32,000 nt of DNA, taken from Methylophaga frappieri. Lineage in GTDB: Bacteria; Pseudomonadota; Gammaproteobacteria; Nitrosococcales; Methylophagaceae. A model generated the notes under the pieces. That model was not told where the DNA came from. It saw nothing but the letters and a program-made list of their open reading frames with translations, and made no database searches. This document shows, one piece after another, positions 1-7,687 of the stretch; within the stretch, counting starts at the first letter, position 1, and every line of letters begins with the position of its first letter. A program made the position numbers and the translations under genes. The stretch lies in assembly GCF_000260965.1 (NCBI RefSeq), contig NC_017856.1:1080001-1112000 (forward strand), given 5' to 3'.

Positions 1-1
1 C

Positions 2-124
2 CTGTTTGTTGCCTGGTTTCCTAATAAATACTTGAGTGTCACCGGGGCCTTATTAGATATGGGTGAGATTGCCGGCGCGCGTTCTCAACGTGGGACTTAT
101 GTTTCTGTCACAGGGTATTTCTGA
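2..124 (+). CDS. 3' end (40 codons) of an upstream CDS with an outer-membrane beta-barrel-like C-terminus
   Basis: The frame is open from the window edge and ends ...SQRGTYVSVTGYF-stop, with a terminal Phe and alternating hydrophobic residues. Its TGA (122-124) overlaps the ATG of the next gene (TGATG). Confidence 0.35.
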   Translation: MFVAWFPNKYLSVTGALLDMGEIAGARSQRGTYVSVTGYF

Positions 125-543
125 TGCGGTCAGCGATTGTTACGTTATTAATTCTGGCGCTTTCCGGCTGTGCTTCGCAACCCAAACAACGCACGCTTTA
201 TGATGACTTAGGTGGCGCGGAAGGAATTGACCAAATTGTCAGTCATTTTATCAATCAGATTGGTCACGACCCGGTTATTTTGCCCTATTTTGCCGACAGC
301 CACGTCAGTCGGTTTCGTGAAAAAATTACTGAGCACTTTTGCCATATCAGTGATGGGCCTTGCGCATATACCGGCGACAATATGGTCGATATTCATGTCG
401 GCATGGATATCAATGAGCATGACTTTAATCGGGTCGTAGATTTACTTTATAACGCATTGGAACAATCTGGCGTGCCGCATCCCGCTCAAAACCGGCTAAT
501 CGCTCGGTTAGCGCCTTTACGCAGCGATATTATTTATCGATAG
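124..543 (+). CDS. Group-I truncated haemoglobin (trHbN-like) with a lipoprotein signal peptide
   Basis: 139 aa. The N-terminus MRSAIVTLLILALSGC carries a lipobox. The rest follows the trHb pattern (LYDDLGG..IDQIV..F, candidate proximal His in MVDIHVGMDI, C-terminal helix). Confidence 0.8.
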   Translation: MRSAIVTLLILALSGCASQPKQRTLYDDLGGAEGIDQIVSHFINQIGHDPVILPYFADSHVSRFREKITEHFCHISDGPCAYTGDNMVDIHVGMDINEHDFNRVVDLLYNALEQSGVPHPAQNRLIARLAPLRSDIIYR

Positions 544-553
544 TAAATTCGCT

Positions 554-2311
554 TTAGGGTAAAGCCCAGACCTGTAATTTCTGCCCTGTCGGATAACCAA
601 ACAACTTATTGCCACCGGCAGCGACAGCAATATATTGTTTGCCGTCAATTTGATAGGTGATGGGTGGTGCATTAACGCCAGCTTGCGTCTTGCCCGCCCA
701 GAGTTTTTCACCATTATCGGCATCGAAGGCCATTAATTCACCTTTGCCTTCCCCGGTAAATACCAGACCACCTTCGGTACTCAACACACCACCGATCAAA
801 GGATTGTCAGATTGATGTTGCCAAACAATCTTGCCGGTATCGATATTAATCGCGGTCAGTAGCCCGTAACTTTGTTTGGCATCCACCGGTGCCATGGACG
901 AATATTTTTGCGCCGGTTTGCCATCTGCCGCAGGGCGTTCGTGTAACTTGTATTCAACTGGCCAATGCACCGCGGCAATGTAGACACGACGCTTGTTTTC
1001 ATCGAGCGCAACCGGCGACCAGTTGGCCCCACCCAATACGCCGGGATACAGCAAATTACCGTCTTGTGTTGGTAGCGTAAACATATTGTGTTGAGGAACA
1101 AATGCTTCACTTTTGTACAAAAAGCGGCCGTTACGACGATCGTGAACATAAAACCAGCCCGTTTTACCCGCCTGCCCAATAGCCGGAACAGGCTGACCAT
1201 TGACCGTAATATTGAATAGTACTGGTGGGCTAGCGACATCATAGCCCCAGTTATCATGCGGTACCTGCTGGTAATGCCAGCGATAAGCGCCGGTCGAGGC
1301 ATCCACTGCCAGCAACGAGCTGGTGTACAAATTATCGCCCGGTCGAGAACTGCCTTCCATTTGTGGTGAAGGGTTACCGGTGCCAAAATGCAGGATACCC
1401 GTGTGTTTATCAATAACCGGCGTACTCCACGCCGATCCGCCGCCATAACGCCAGGCATCTTGATGGTCTGCCAAAGTCGCTTTTTCTGTCGCGATATCTC
1501 TGGGCAAATTGACGCCATCTTCGGTCACCGCGGTAAACTCGCCTTGCCAGTTTTTATGGCGAATAGTGTCGAATTGCCAGACTTTTTTGCCATTATTCAT
1601 ATCAAAGGCAGCTAGAAAACCCATCCGCCCATATTCGCCAGCAATGCCCACCACTGCGCCTAAAGGCGCGTCTGCGTCGGGCGCATCCAGATGCAAACCA
1701 TAGCCAACCCCGGTGATGCCAATAATAACCTTGCCGTCATAAATGACAGGCGCCATGTTGATACCCACACCAGACGTACCCGTAGCTTCACCAAATTGCT
1801 CACCAATACCATCTGTTTCTTCCTGAATACCCCGATTTTCGCCAACGACATCGCGATCCCAAATAACCGAGCCATCATCTGCATCCAGCGCGATCAATCG
1901 AGCATCTATGGTGCCCATAAATACCTTACCATCGGCAACGGCGACACCGCGATTTGCTGGTCCACAGCATGATTGATGATCGGCCACGAGCTGATGTTCA
2001 TATCGCCAAAGTTGCTTTCCATTGGTCGCATCAAGCGCCACGACGTGGTTGTAAGGCAGTGATAAATACATCACCCCATCAACCACCACGGGGGTTGCTT
2101 GAAAGGCAGCCGAAATCCCACTATCGAAGGTCCAGGCCGGACGTAAAGCACGGACATTAACCGGATCTACCTGAATAGCCGGGCTATGCCGATGGTGGTA
2201 AATATCGCCACCATAAATCGGCCATTCGATATCTTTTGCCAAGCTAACGGTTGACCAAGTTAATAACGCCGTCATTAGCGCAAGTTTGATACGAAACATG
2301 CTAATCATCAT
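554..2311 (-). CDS. PQQ-dependent dehydrogenase, methanol/ethanol family (periplasmic quinoprotein)
   Basis: 585 aa with a signal peptide. It has the vicinal Cys-Cys segment HQSCCGPANRG typical of this family, repeated propeller-blade motifs, and a PHDNWGYD active-site segment. It lies 5 nt downstream of the isochorismatase-family gene. Confidence 0.9.
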   Translation of the reverse strand: MMISMFRIKLALMTALLTWSTVSLAKDIEWPIYGGDIYHHRHSPAIQVDPVNVRALRPAWTFDSGISAAFQATPVVVDGVMYLSLPYNHVVALDATNGKQLWRYEHQLVADHQSCCGPANRGVAVADGKVFMGTIDARLIALDADDGSVIWDRDVVGENRGIQEETDGIGEQFGEATGTSGVGINMAPVIYDGKVIIGITGVGYGLHLDAPDADAPLGAVVGIAGEYGRMGFLAAFDMNNGKKVWQFDTIRHKNWQGEFTAVTEDGVNLPRDIATEKATLADHQDAWRYGGGSAWSTPVIDKHTGILHFGTGNPSPQMEGSSRPGDNLYTSSLLAVDASTGAYRWHYQQVPHDNWGYDVASPPVLFNITVNGQPVPAIGQAGKTGWFYVHDRRNGRFLYKSEAFVPQHNMFTLPTQDGNLLYPGVLGGANWSPVALDENKRRVYIAAVHWPVEYKLHERPAADGKPAQKYSSMAPVDAKQSYGLLTAINIDTGKIVWQHQSDNPLIGGVLSTEGGLVFTGEGKGELMAFDADNGEKLWAGKTQAGVNAPPITYQIDGKQYIAVAAGGNKLFGYPTGQKLQVWALP

Positions 2312-2316
2312 CCTAG

Positions 2317-2916
2317 TTAAGCCGGCAAATCTGCTATCGAGTTAATGACAGCAGCATACAAATCACGCGTTGATGCCAAAGCGGCATGTTGAACCTGTTC
2401 GGCAGGAACAATTTGACCTGATGCGTCAGGTAAATCACGCGTCGCCGTCGCACTAGCCACCACGGTTACCTGATAACCCAAATTAAATCCACCGTGCGCG
2501 GTCGAATTGATACACATATGGGTCATAAAGCCAGCCAGTACGATTTGATCGATACCCAATGTTTTTAACCGCTCATCCAATTCCGTCTGAATAAACGCAT
2601 TGGGGAAATGTTTGGTAATGACGATTTCACCCGGCTGCGGCGCAACTTCATCGGCAATTTGCCCTAGATCGGTTTCCAAATCATAGGGAGACCCCGGCCC
2701 GGCATCATGTTGAATATGAATTATCGGCACTTGCATATCTCGAGCCCGTGCCAATAATTTTTGCGCTTGTACCAATGCCGGTTCAACATCTGTCAATTGC
2801 ATCACCCCCTGACGATAAGTATTTTGACAGTCAATCATGATTAACGCCGCATCAGCCAGATTCGCCGGCTTATGGCCAAGACCAACAATCTCTCTCAATG
2901 TTGTACTTTGCGTCAT
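2317..2916 (-). CDS. Isochorismatase-family cysteine hydrolase
   Basis: 199 aa. It shows MIDCQN (catalytic Asp region), KHFPNAF (Lys) and THMCINSTA (nucleophile Cys), which are characteristic of isochorismatase/nicotinamidase-like hydrolases. Confidence 0.85.
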   Translation of the reverse strand: MTQSTTLREIVGLGHKPANLADAALIMIDCQNTYRQGVMQLTDVEPALVQAQKLLARARDMQVPIIHIQHDAGPGSPYDLETDLGQIADEVAPQPGEIVITKHFPNAFIQTELDERLKTLGIDQIVLAGFMTHMCINSTAHGGFNLGYQVTVVASATATRDLPDASGQIVPAEQVQHAALASTRDLYAAVINSIADLPA

Positions 2917-3141
2917 TTTGACTCCTTACCTATTTCTTTGTTAAGCGAACTGATCACCGTCATTTGTTAGTGCTGAACTCGCTGTTTTCGTGACCTAACA
3001 GTGAGACTCAGCTCTGTCGCGTTTAACTGGCAGTTTAGTCCAAGCTCACAAGGCAATTTCATTACGAAACTTAACATATTCATTCACAGGTAAATATAAG
3101 CGCTGATTCTGAGATGATGAATTCGGGAAAAACCCCTCGCC

Positions 3142-3170
3142 TTGCACTAACTAGACGATTGGTCTATTAT
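3142..3170 (+). promoter_or_regulatory. sigma70-type promoter of the TetR gene (TTGCAC-17 nt-TATTAT)
   Basis: The -35 TTGCAC is at 3142-3147 and the -10 TATTAT at 3165-3170, with a 17-nt spacer. Operator 1 sits inside the spacer. A CATAAT on the opposite strand (3167-3172) could serve the divergent operon. Confidence 0.55.
3152..3166. promoter_or_regulatory. TetR-type operator 1 (TAGACgattgGTCTA)
   Basis: Inverted repeat TAGAC-N5-GTCTA. It is part of a 16-nt element, CTAGACGAtTGGTCTA, that is repeated 30 bp downstream. Confidence 0.6.
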
Positions 3171-3181
3171 GCTTTCATCAC

Positions 3182-3196
3182 TAGACGACTGGTCTA
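3182..3196. promoter_or_regulatory. TetR-type operator 2 (TAGACgactgGTCTA)
   Basis: Second copy of the palindrome, 15/16 identical to copy 1. It ends 6 nt before the TetR ATG. Confidence 0.6.
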
Positions 3197-3202
3197 CTTA
3201 GA

Positions 3203-3806
3203 ATGACTCGAACAGAAACGCGTAAACATTTGATTGACGTCGGTACGTGCGTCATTAGCGAGCAAGGCTTTAATCCAACCGGGCTTAACCTTGTTTTGCA
3301 AACGGCCGGCGTCCCCAAAGGGTCTTTCTATTATTACTTTGCCAGCAAAGAAGATTTTGGCCTTGCCATCATTGACGAAACGGCAGCGGAGTACAGCGAA
3401 TTGATTGATAGTTTTTTTACTGAATACTCAGCATTCGCCAATAACGCGTATCCGCCATTATCTAGAAGCCGGCTTGCAACGGATCGAGGCGGGTCAGTGC
3501 AAACGCGGCTGTCTGATTGGCACACTCGGTCAAGAACTCTCCTCTCAAAATGAAACCTTTCGGTCTCGTTTGGATGCCGTTTTTGAAACCTGGAAACAAC
3601 AGTTTAGCCGCTGTTTGCAAGCTGCAATTCATGACGGCGAATTACCGGATGATGCCGATATTGGCGCACTCGCGGAGTTTCTGCTGTCTGGCTGGCAAGG
3701 CGCTATTTTGCGCGCCAAAATGCAACAAAATGTCGCCCCGATACGGGCTTTCATCCATTTAATGTTCAAACATGTGTTAACTAATCAAACTGCCCGTATT
3801 GAATGA
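3203..3806 (+). pseudogene. TetR/AcrR-family regulator split by a +1 frameshift at a T7 run (or an assembly error)
   Basis: ORF 3203-3553 encodes the HTH half (TRKHLIDVG...GVPKGSFYYYFASKEDF). ORF 3405-3806, in another frame, encodes the ligand-domain half (SPITRIRHYLEAG...GCLIGTLGQELS...). The frames overlap around the T7 run at 3412-3418. Removing one T gives a continuous protein of about 200 aa. Confidence 0.75.
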
Positions 3807-3921
3807 ATCATCACGTTTTTCATCAATGGCAAATATTGTCGCCGGACTGGATATGGTTCGCGGCAAGATAATCTGCGCCCCCCTCGATTCTCTTATGTTT
3901 CTCTCTCAAACAGGAGTTGTT

Positions 3922-5862
3922 ATGAATGCTACTCGTAAAACATTAAGCGGACTGCTCTTTTCCGCTATCGGAATGCTATCTGCAAATGTCTTGGCAGATA
4001 CCACTGATGCAGAAAAAAACCTGCATAAATTGAACGTGCCAGAGGGCTTTAACGTCGAAATCTATGCAGAAGTCCCCAATGCCAGACAAATGGCATTGGG
4101 CCAATCCACCGGCACGGTCTTTGTTGGCACCCGTAATAAACAGGTCTATGCCGTTGTTGATAAAGACAAAGATCGCAAAGCTGATCAAGTGGTCACCATT
4201 CTCGATGATCTGAAAGTCGGAAATGGCGTAGCGATGTTTGAGGGCAATCTTTACGTTGCAGAGCAAAACCGAATCGCGCGTTATGCGGCGCCAGGTTTTG
4301 ATTTGAGCTTACCTTTTGCTGATATGCGCGAAGTGATTTTTGAAGACTTGCCTGATAAAGGTCACCATGGCTGGCGCTATATTGCTTTTGGTCCTGATGG
4401 CAAGCTCTATGTGACTGTCGGTGCACCGTGTAATATTTGCGACGTGAATGGCTATGAAGCCACGATTATTCGTATGAATCCAGATGGTTCCGATGCCGAA
4501 ATTTATGCTGAAGGGGTGCGTAACTCGGTAGGCATGGATTTTCAACCAGAAACCGGAGCGCTGTTCTTTACCGACAATAATACCGACATGATGGGTGATG
4601 ATAACCCGCCAGGCGAGTTGAATGCCGCTTCACAAATTGGACAGCATTTTGGCTTTCCCTATTACGCTGGCGGTGATGCGCGTCATAAAGATTGGGCAGA
4701 TAAAGCCGTTCCAACCGACGTGACGTTTCCGGTTGCCGAGTTTCAAGCACATACTGCCAATCTCGGTTTCAAGTTTTATACCGGCAAACAGTTTCCTGAT
4801 ACCTATCAAGGCGATGCCATTATTGCCCAGCATGGCTCCTGGAATCGCACCGAGCCCGTAGGTTATGCTCTGGTCAGAGTCACGTTTGATGACAATCATA
4901 ACGTCACTGGTCAAGAAACTTTTATTGACGGCTGGCTAAATGACGGCGAGGCATGGGGACGCCCAACAGACGTGTTACAACTTCCAGATGGTTCGTTATT
5001 GGTGTCAGACGACTACAATGGTGTGATCTACCGCATCAGCTATGGCGAAAACATGGAAAAAGCGGTGGTCAAAACCAGCACCAGCCAGTCCAAGCCATTA
5101 ACTGATCTGGTCATGCCAGAATCGGCCATTGCCGCGCCAAATGGTAATATCTATATCACTGAAATCGGCGAGTTTGGCAAAGCTGGTGATGGCAAAGTGA
5201 CACGGCTAAACGCTGATGGCAGCACGCAAACGTTGGCTGATAACCTCAATGATCCCAAAGGCATCGATTTATTCAACCACCACCTGTATGTTGCCGATGT
5301 CGATCAATTGGTCAAAATCAGTTTGGATGGCAAAACTGAGATACTGGCTCGCGCAGCAGATTTTCCGGGTAAACCCGTCTTTTTAAATGATGTTGAAATT
5401 GATGGCAAAGGTAATATCTTCGTCTCAGATAGCGGCGATGATGATGGCAAACATGCCGGTATTTATCGTGTTACGCCAGAAGGCAAAGTCACTGAAGTGA
5501 TTAGCGATAAATCTGGTATCAAGCGGCCAAATGGTTTGCTAAATAACGGCGTCAATCAGTTACTGGTTGCGGACTTTGGTACGGGTGATTTGTTCACACT
5601 CAACCTTAGCAGCGGCGCTATCAAAAAAGTGAATCAAGGCTTTGGTGGTGCGGATGGCCTGGTTAGAGACAGTAACGGTCAGCTCTATGTCAGTGACTGG
5701 GCGAATGGCAAAGTCTGGCAATTGAGTGAACCCAAAGCCACACCATTACTAATGCGAGATGATTTTGTATCGGCAGCAGATATTGCTTTATCAGCTGATG
5801 GCAAACACTTGTTGGTACCCGACATGAAAGCTGGTGAAATGACTTTTTTACCGCTTCATTAA
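3922..5862 (+). CDS. PQQ-dependent sugar (sorbosone/aldose) dehydrogenase-like beta-propeller fused to a C-terminal NHL/SMP-30-like beta-propeller
   Basis: The ATG at 3922 follows a CAGGAG RBS and gives a signal peptide (MNATRKTLSGLLFSAIGMLSANVLA). The N-terminal half has HHGWRYIAFGPDGKLYVTVGAPCNIC and RNSVGMDF motifs of the soluble PQQ sugar-dehydrogenase family. The C-terminal ~250 aa has repeated G-x-hydrophobic-YV-x-D blades. Confidence 0.8.
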   Translation: MNATRKTLSGLLFSAIGMLSANVLADTTDAEKNLHKLNVPEGFNVEIYAEVPNARQMALGQSTGTVFVGTRNKQVYAVVDKDKDRKADQVVTILDDLKVGNGVAMFEGNLYVAEQNRIARYAAPGFDLSLPFADMREVIFEDLPDKGHHGWRYIAFGPDGKLYVTVGAPCNICDVNGYEATIIRMNPDGSDAEIYAEGVRNSVGMDFQPETGALFFTDNNTDMMGDDNPPGELNAASQIGQHFGFPYYAGGDARHKDWADKAVPTDVTFPVAEFQAHTANLGFKFYTGKQFPDTYQGDAIIAQHGSWNRTEPVGYALVRVTFDDNHNVTGQETFIDGWLNDGEAWGRPTDVLQLPDGSLLVSDDYNGVIYRISYGENMEKAVVKTSTSQSKPLTDLVMPESAIAAPNGNIYITEIGEFGKAGDGKVTRLNADGSTQTLADNLNDPKGIDLFNHHLYVADVDQLVKISLDGKTEILARAADFPGKPVFLNDVEIDGKGNIFVSDSGDDDGKHAGIYRVTPEGKVTEVISDKSGIKRPNGLLNNGVNQLLVADFGTGDLFTLNLSSGAIKKVNQGFGGADGLVRDSNGQLYVSDWANGKVWQLSEPKATPLLMRDDFVSAADIALSADGKHLLVPDMKAGEMTFLPLH

Positions 5863-5880
5863 ATTATTTTTCTGTAAAAA

Positions 5881-5911
5881 GGCCGGTGGTAACTGTCACC
5901 GGCCTTTTTTT
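5881..5911. terminator. Bidirectional rho-independent terminator
   Basis: GGCCGGTG-gtaactgt-CACCGGCC stem, flanked by A5 upstream and T7 downstream. Confidence 0.75.
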
Positions 5912-5970
5912 GTAAGCGAAAATTCATATTCGATTGATAAGCTGCATCTCATTATCACTGGAGATGCACT

Positions 5971-6147
5971 ATGTCAGCTTTATTGATTGGTTTGATTCGA
6001 GGATTATCACTCAGTATTTTATTTTTTCTGACCTTGCTTTTAATTGTTCAGGAATGGATTCAAAAAGGCCAAGCAAAGCGCCATCGTTCCAAACGCACTC
6101 AATCGACTGCGATACAAAAACTCATTAACGCCAGGCTGACTACCTAA
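5971..6147 (+). CDS. Possible 58-aa small membrane protein
   Basis: The ATG is preceded by GGAG at 8 nt. Product: MSALLIGLIRGLSLSILFFLTLLLIVQEW, then a basic tail (KGQAKRHRSKR...). It is below the 60-aa cutoff of the ORF track and has no homology support. Confidence 0.3.
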   Translation: MSALLIGLIRGLSLSILFFLTLLLIVQEWIQKGQAKRHRSKRTQSTAIQKLINARLTT

Positions 6148-7670
6148 AGTTCAGGCGTACTGGCAAACGCCAGTGCACTCTTACCGGTTTGTTTGACTTG
6201 ATACATGGCTTTATCAGCCATTTTCAACAGTTTTTCGACTTCTCCCCCATCCCTTGGGAAACAAGCAACCCCAATACTGGCGCCAATCTGGCAGCGCTGC
6301 TCTTCGATCACAAAAATATCTGATAAGGCACGGATGATCTTGTTGCCAACCAATCGAATACTGGCCTGCGAGGGGACATCATCAAGCAACACGACAAATT
6401 CATCTCCGCCAAAACGGAAAACACTGTCTGCGGCACGCAAGCTACCGGCGAGTCTGGTTGCCACGGCTTTGAGCAAGGCATCACCAATATGGTGCCCATA
6501 GTCATCATTTATGGCCTTAAAATTATCCAGATCAACAAACATAATCGCCACCGATCGCCCTTGTCGCCGCGCCTGCTGCAAGATCTGCGTCGCACGGATA
6601 GTAAACTGCGTCCGATTGGGCAAACTGGTCAAGCTATCAGTATGGGCTTGCTCCGTAAGCGCTTTTTCCAACTGTTTGCGATCTGAAATATCACGAATAT
6701 CCGCACTGATTTCTGTGGAGCGGCCATCCTCACTTCGCGTTACTTGCAGCAGCATTTCGGCATCGATCAGCTCCTCATCCGCACGATGCAATTGCACTTC
6801 ACAACGTTGATAGGGCAACGGTTTATGACGTTTTACTAACAGCAACAGATGGGCAACTTGTGCTTGTGATTGTGGGCTAAACAGCCGGTCAAAACTTTGT
6901 CCGAGATAATAGGACTCATCATGTTGTAATAATCGTTTGACCGAGGAACTGATAAAGGTGATGCGTCTGTTCGCCGCATTAATACCCAGGACAATGTCAG
7001 AACTTTTCTCCATCAGTTTGCCAAAATACTGCTCACGTCGAATCAACCGATAGATCGCCAAGCTGAATGACATCAGAATCAGCATCACGACAATGGTCTG
7101 TAAGCCGCGCAGTTGATAGGTTTGTTGCTTTGCCTGCACTTCAAGATGATTGGTCAAATCATTCATCATGATTAATAATGATCGATTGACGGTCAGCACA
7201 TTGTCTATCACTGCCGAGATTGCTTCTGGCTCCAATGTAACCTTGGCAAGCGAACGCTGCACCGGCATCCATAGCTGAGCCGCATCATTTAAAAGTAATC
7301 TTGCGGCACTTTTTTGTAATGGCTCGATACGGCTGCGTTGACCATCAGCACCCGTTACCTCGCCGCCTTCCAAAAAGCCACGCAGCGTTTCATCAAATAA
7401 GCTGACCGCATTTGTTAAATCTTGATAAACAGCATCATCGCCCCCTTCCCCACGCGCTTGTATCCGCTCGATATGCAGTAGAGATTGGTTGATTTGTTGA
7501 GATAACATGCGTTGCCGTCCGGCAATATTAATATTTAGAGATGATGCTTCAAGCTGTGCCGTAATCGCATAGTTCATGGCCAGCAACAGAATATCCATGA
7601 CCATGACCAAACCCAGCGGTAATAAAAACCGACGGTATTTATAGAGTACTTCCAGTATCGACTCGTTCAT
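6144..7670 (-). CDS. Sensor diguanylate cyclase: TM - PilJ/NarX-type periplasmic module - TM - PAS - GGDEF
   Basis: 508 aa. INIAGRQRMLSQ matches the P-box-like motif of PilJ-N/NarX sensors. There are two TM segments and a PAS region. The active site is RFGGDEF, with an RAAD I-site 5 aa upstream. Confidence 0.9.
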   Translation of the reverse strand: MNESILEVLYKYRRFLLPLGLVMVMDILLLAMNYAITAQLEASSLNINIAGRQRMLSQQINQSLLHIERIQARGEGGDDAVYQDLTNAVSLFDETLRGFLEGGEVTGADGQRSRIEPLQKSAARLLLNDAAQLWMPVQRSLAKVTLEPEAISAVIDNVLTVNRSLLIMMNDLTNHLEVQAKQQTYQLRGLQTIVVMLILMSFSLAIYRLIRREQYFGKLMEKSSDIVLGINAANRRITFISSSVKRLLQHDESYYLGQSFDRLFSPQSQAQVAHLLLLVKRHKPLPYQRCEVQLHRADEELIDAEMLLQVTRSEDGRSTEISADIRDISDRKQLEKALTEQAHTDSLTSLPNRTQFTIRATQILQQARRQGRSVAIMFVDLDNFKAINDDYGHHIGDALLKAVATRLAGSLRAADSVFRFGGDEFVVLLDDVPSQASIRLVGNKIIRALSDIFVIEEQRCQIGASIGVACFPRDGGEVEKLLKMADKAMYQVKQTGKSALAFASTPEL

Positions 7671-7687
7671 CCCTGCCCCAATTGTTG

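Noticed and set aside
856-1518. 220-aa ORF in an alternative frame on the same strand inside the PQQ dehydrogenase gene, plus smaller ORFs between 889 and 2160
   Set aside because: It lies entirely within a well-supported CDS. The product is Arg/Cys/Trp-rich and low in complexity, as expected for an off-frame shadow ORF.
3799-3921. N-terminal extension (41 codons) of the sugar-dehydrogenase ORF, overlapping the TetR stop
   Set aside because: The extension has no signal-peptide character. The ATG at 3922 has a CAGGAG RBS and yields a canonical signal peptide.
5934-6128. 64-aa ORF from the track
   Set aside because: The product is Cys/Ser/Phe-rich with no RBS. The alternative frame starting at 5971 looks more protein-like, though it too is uncertain.
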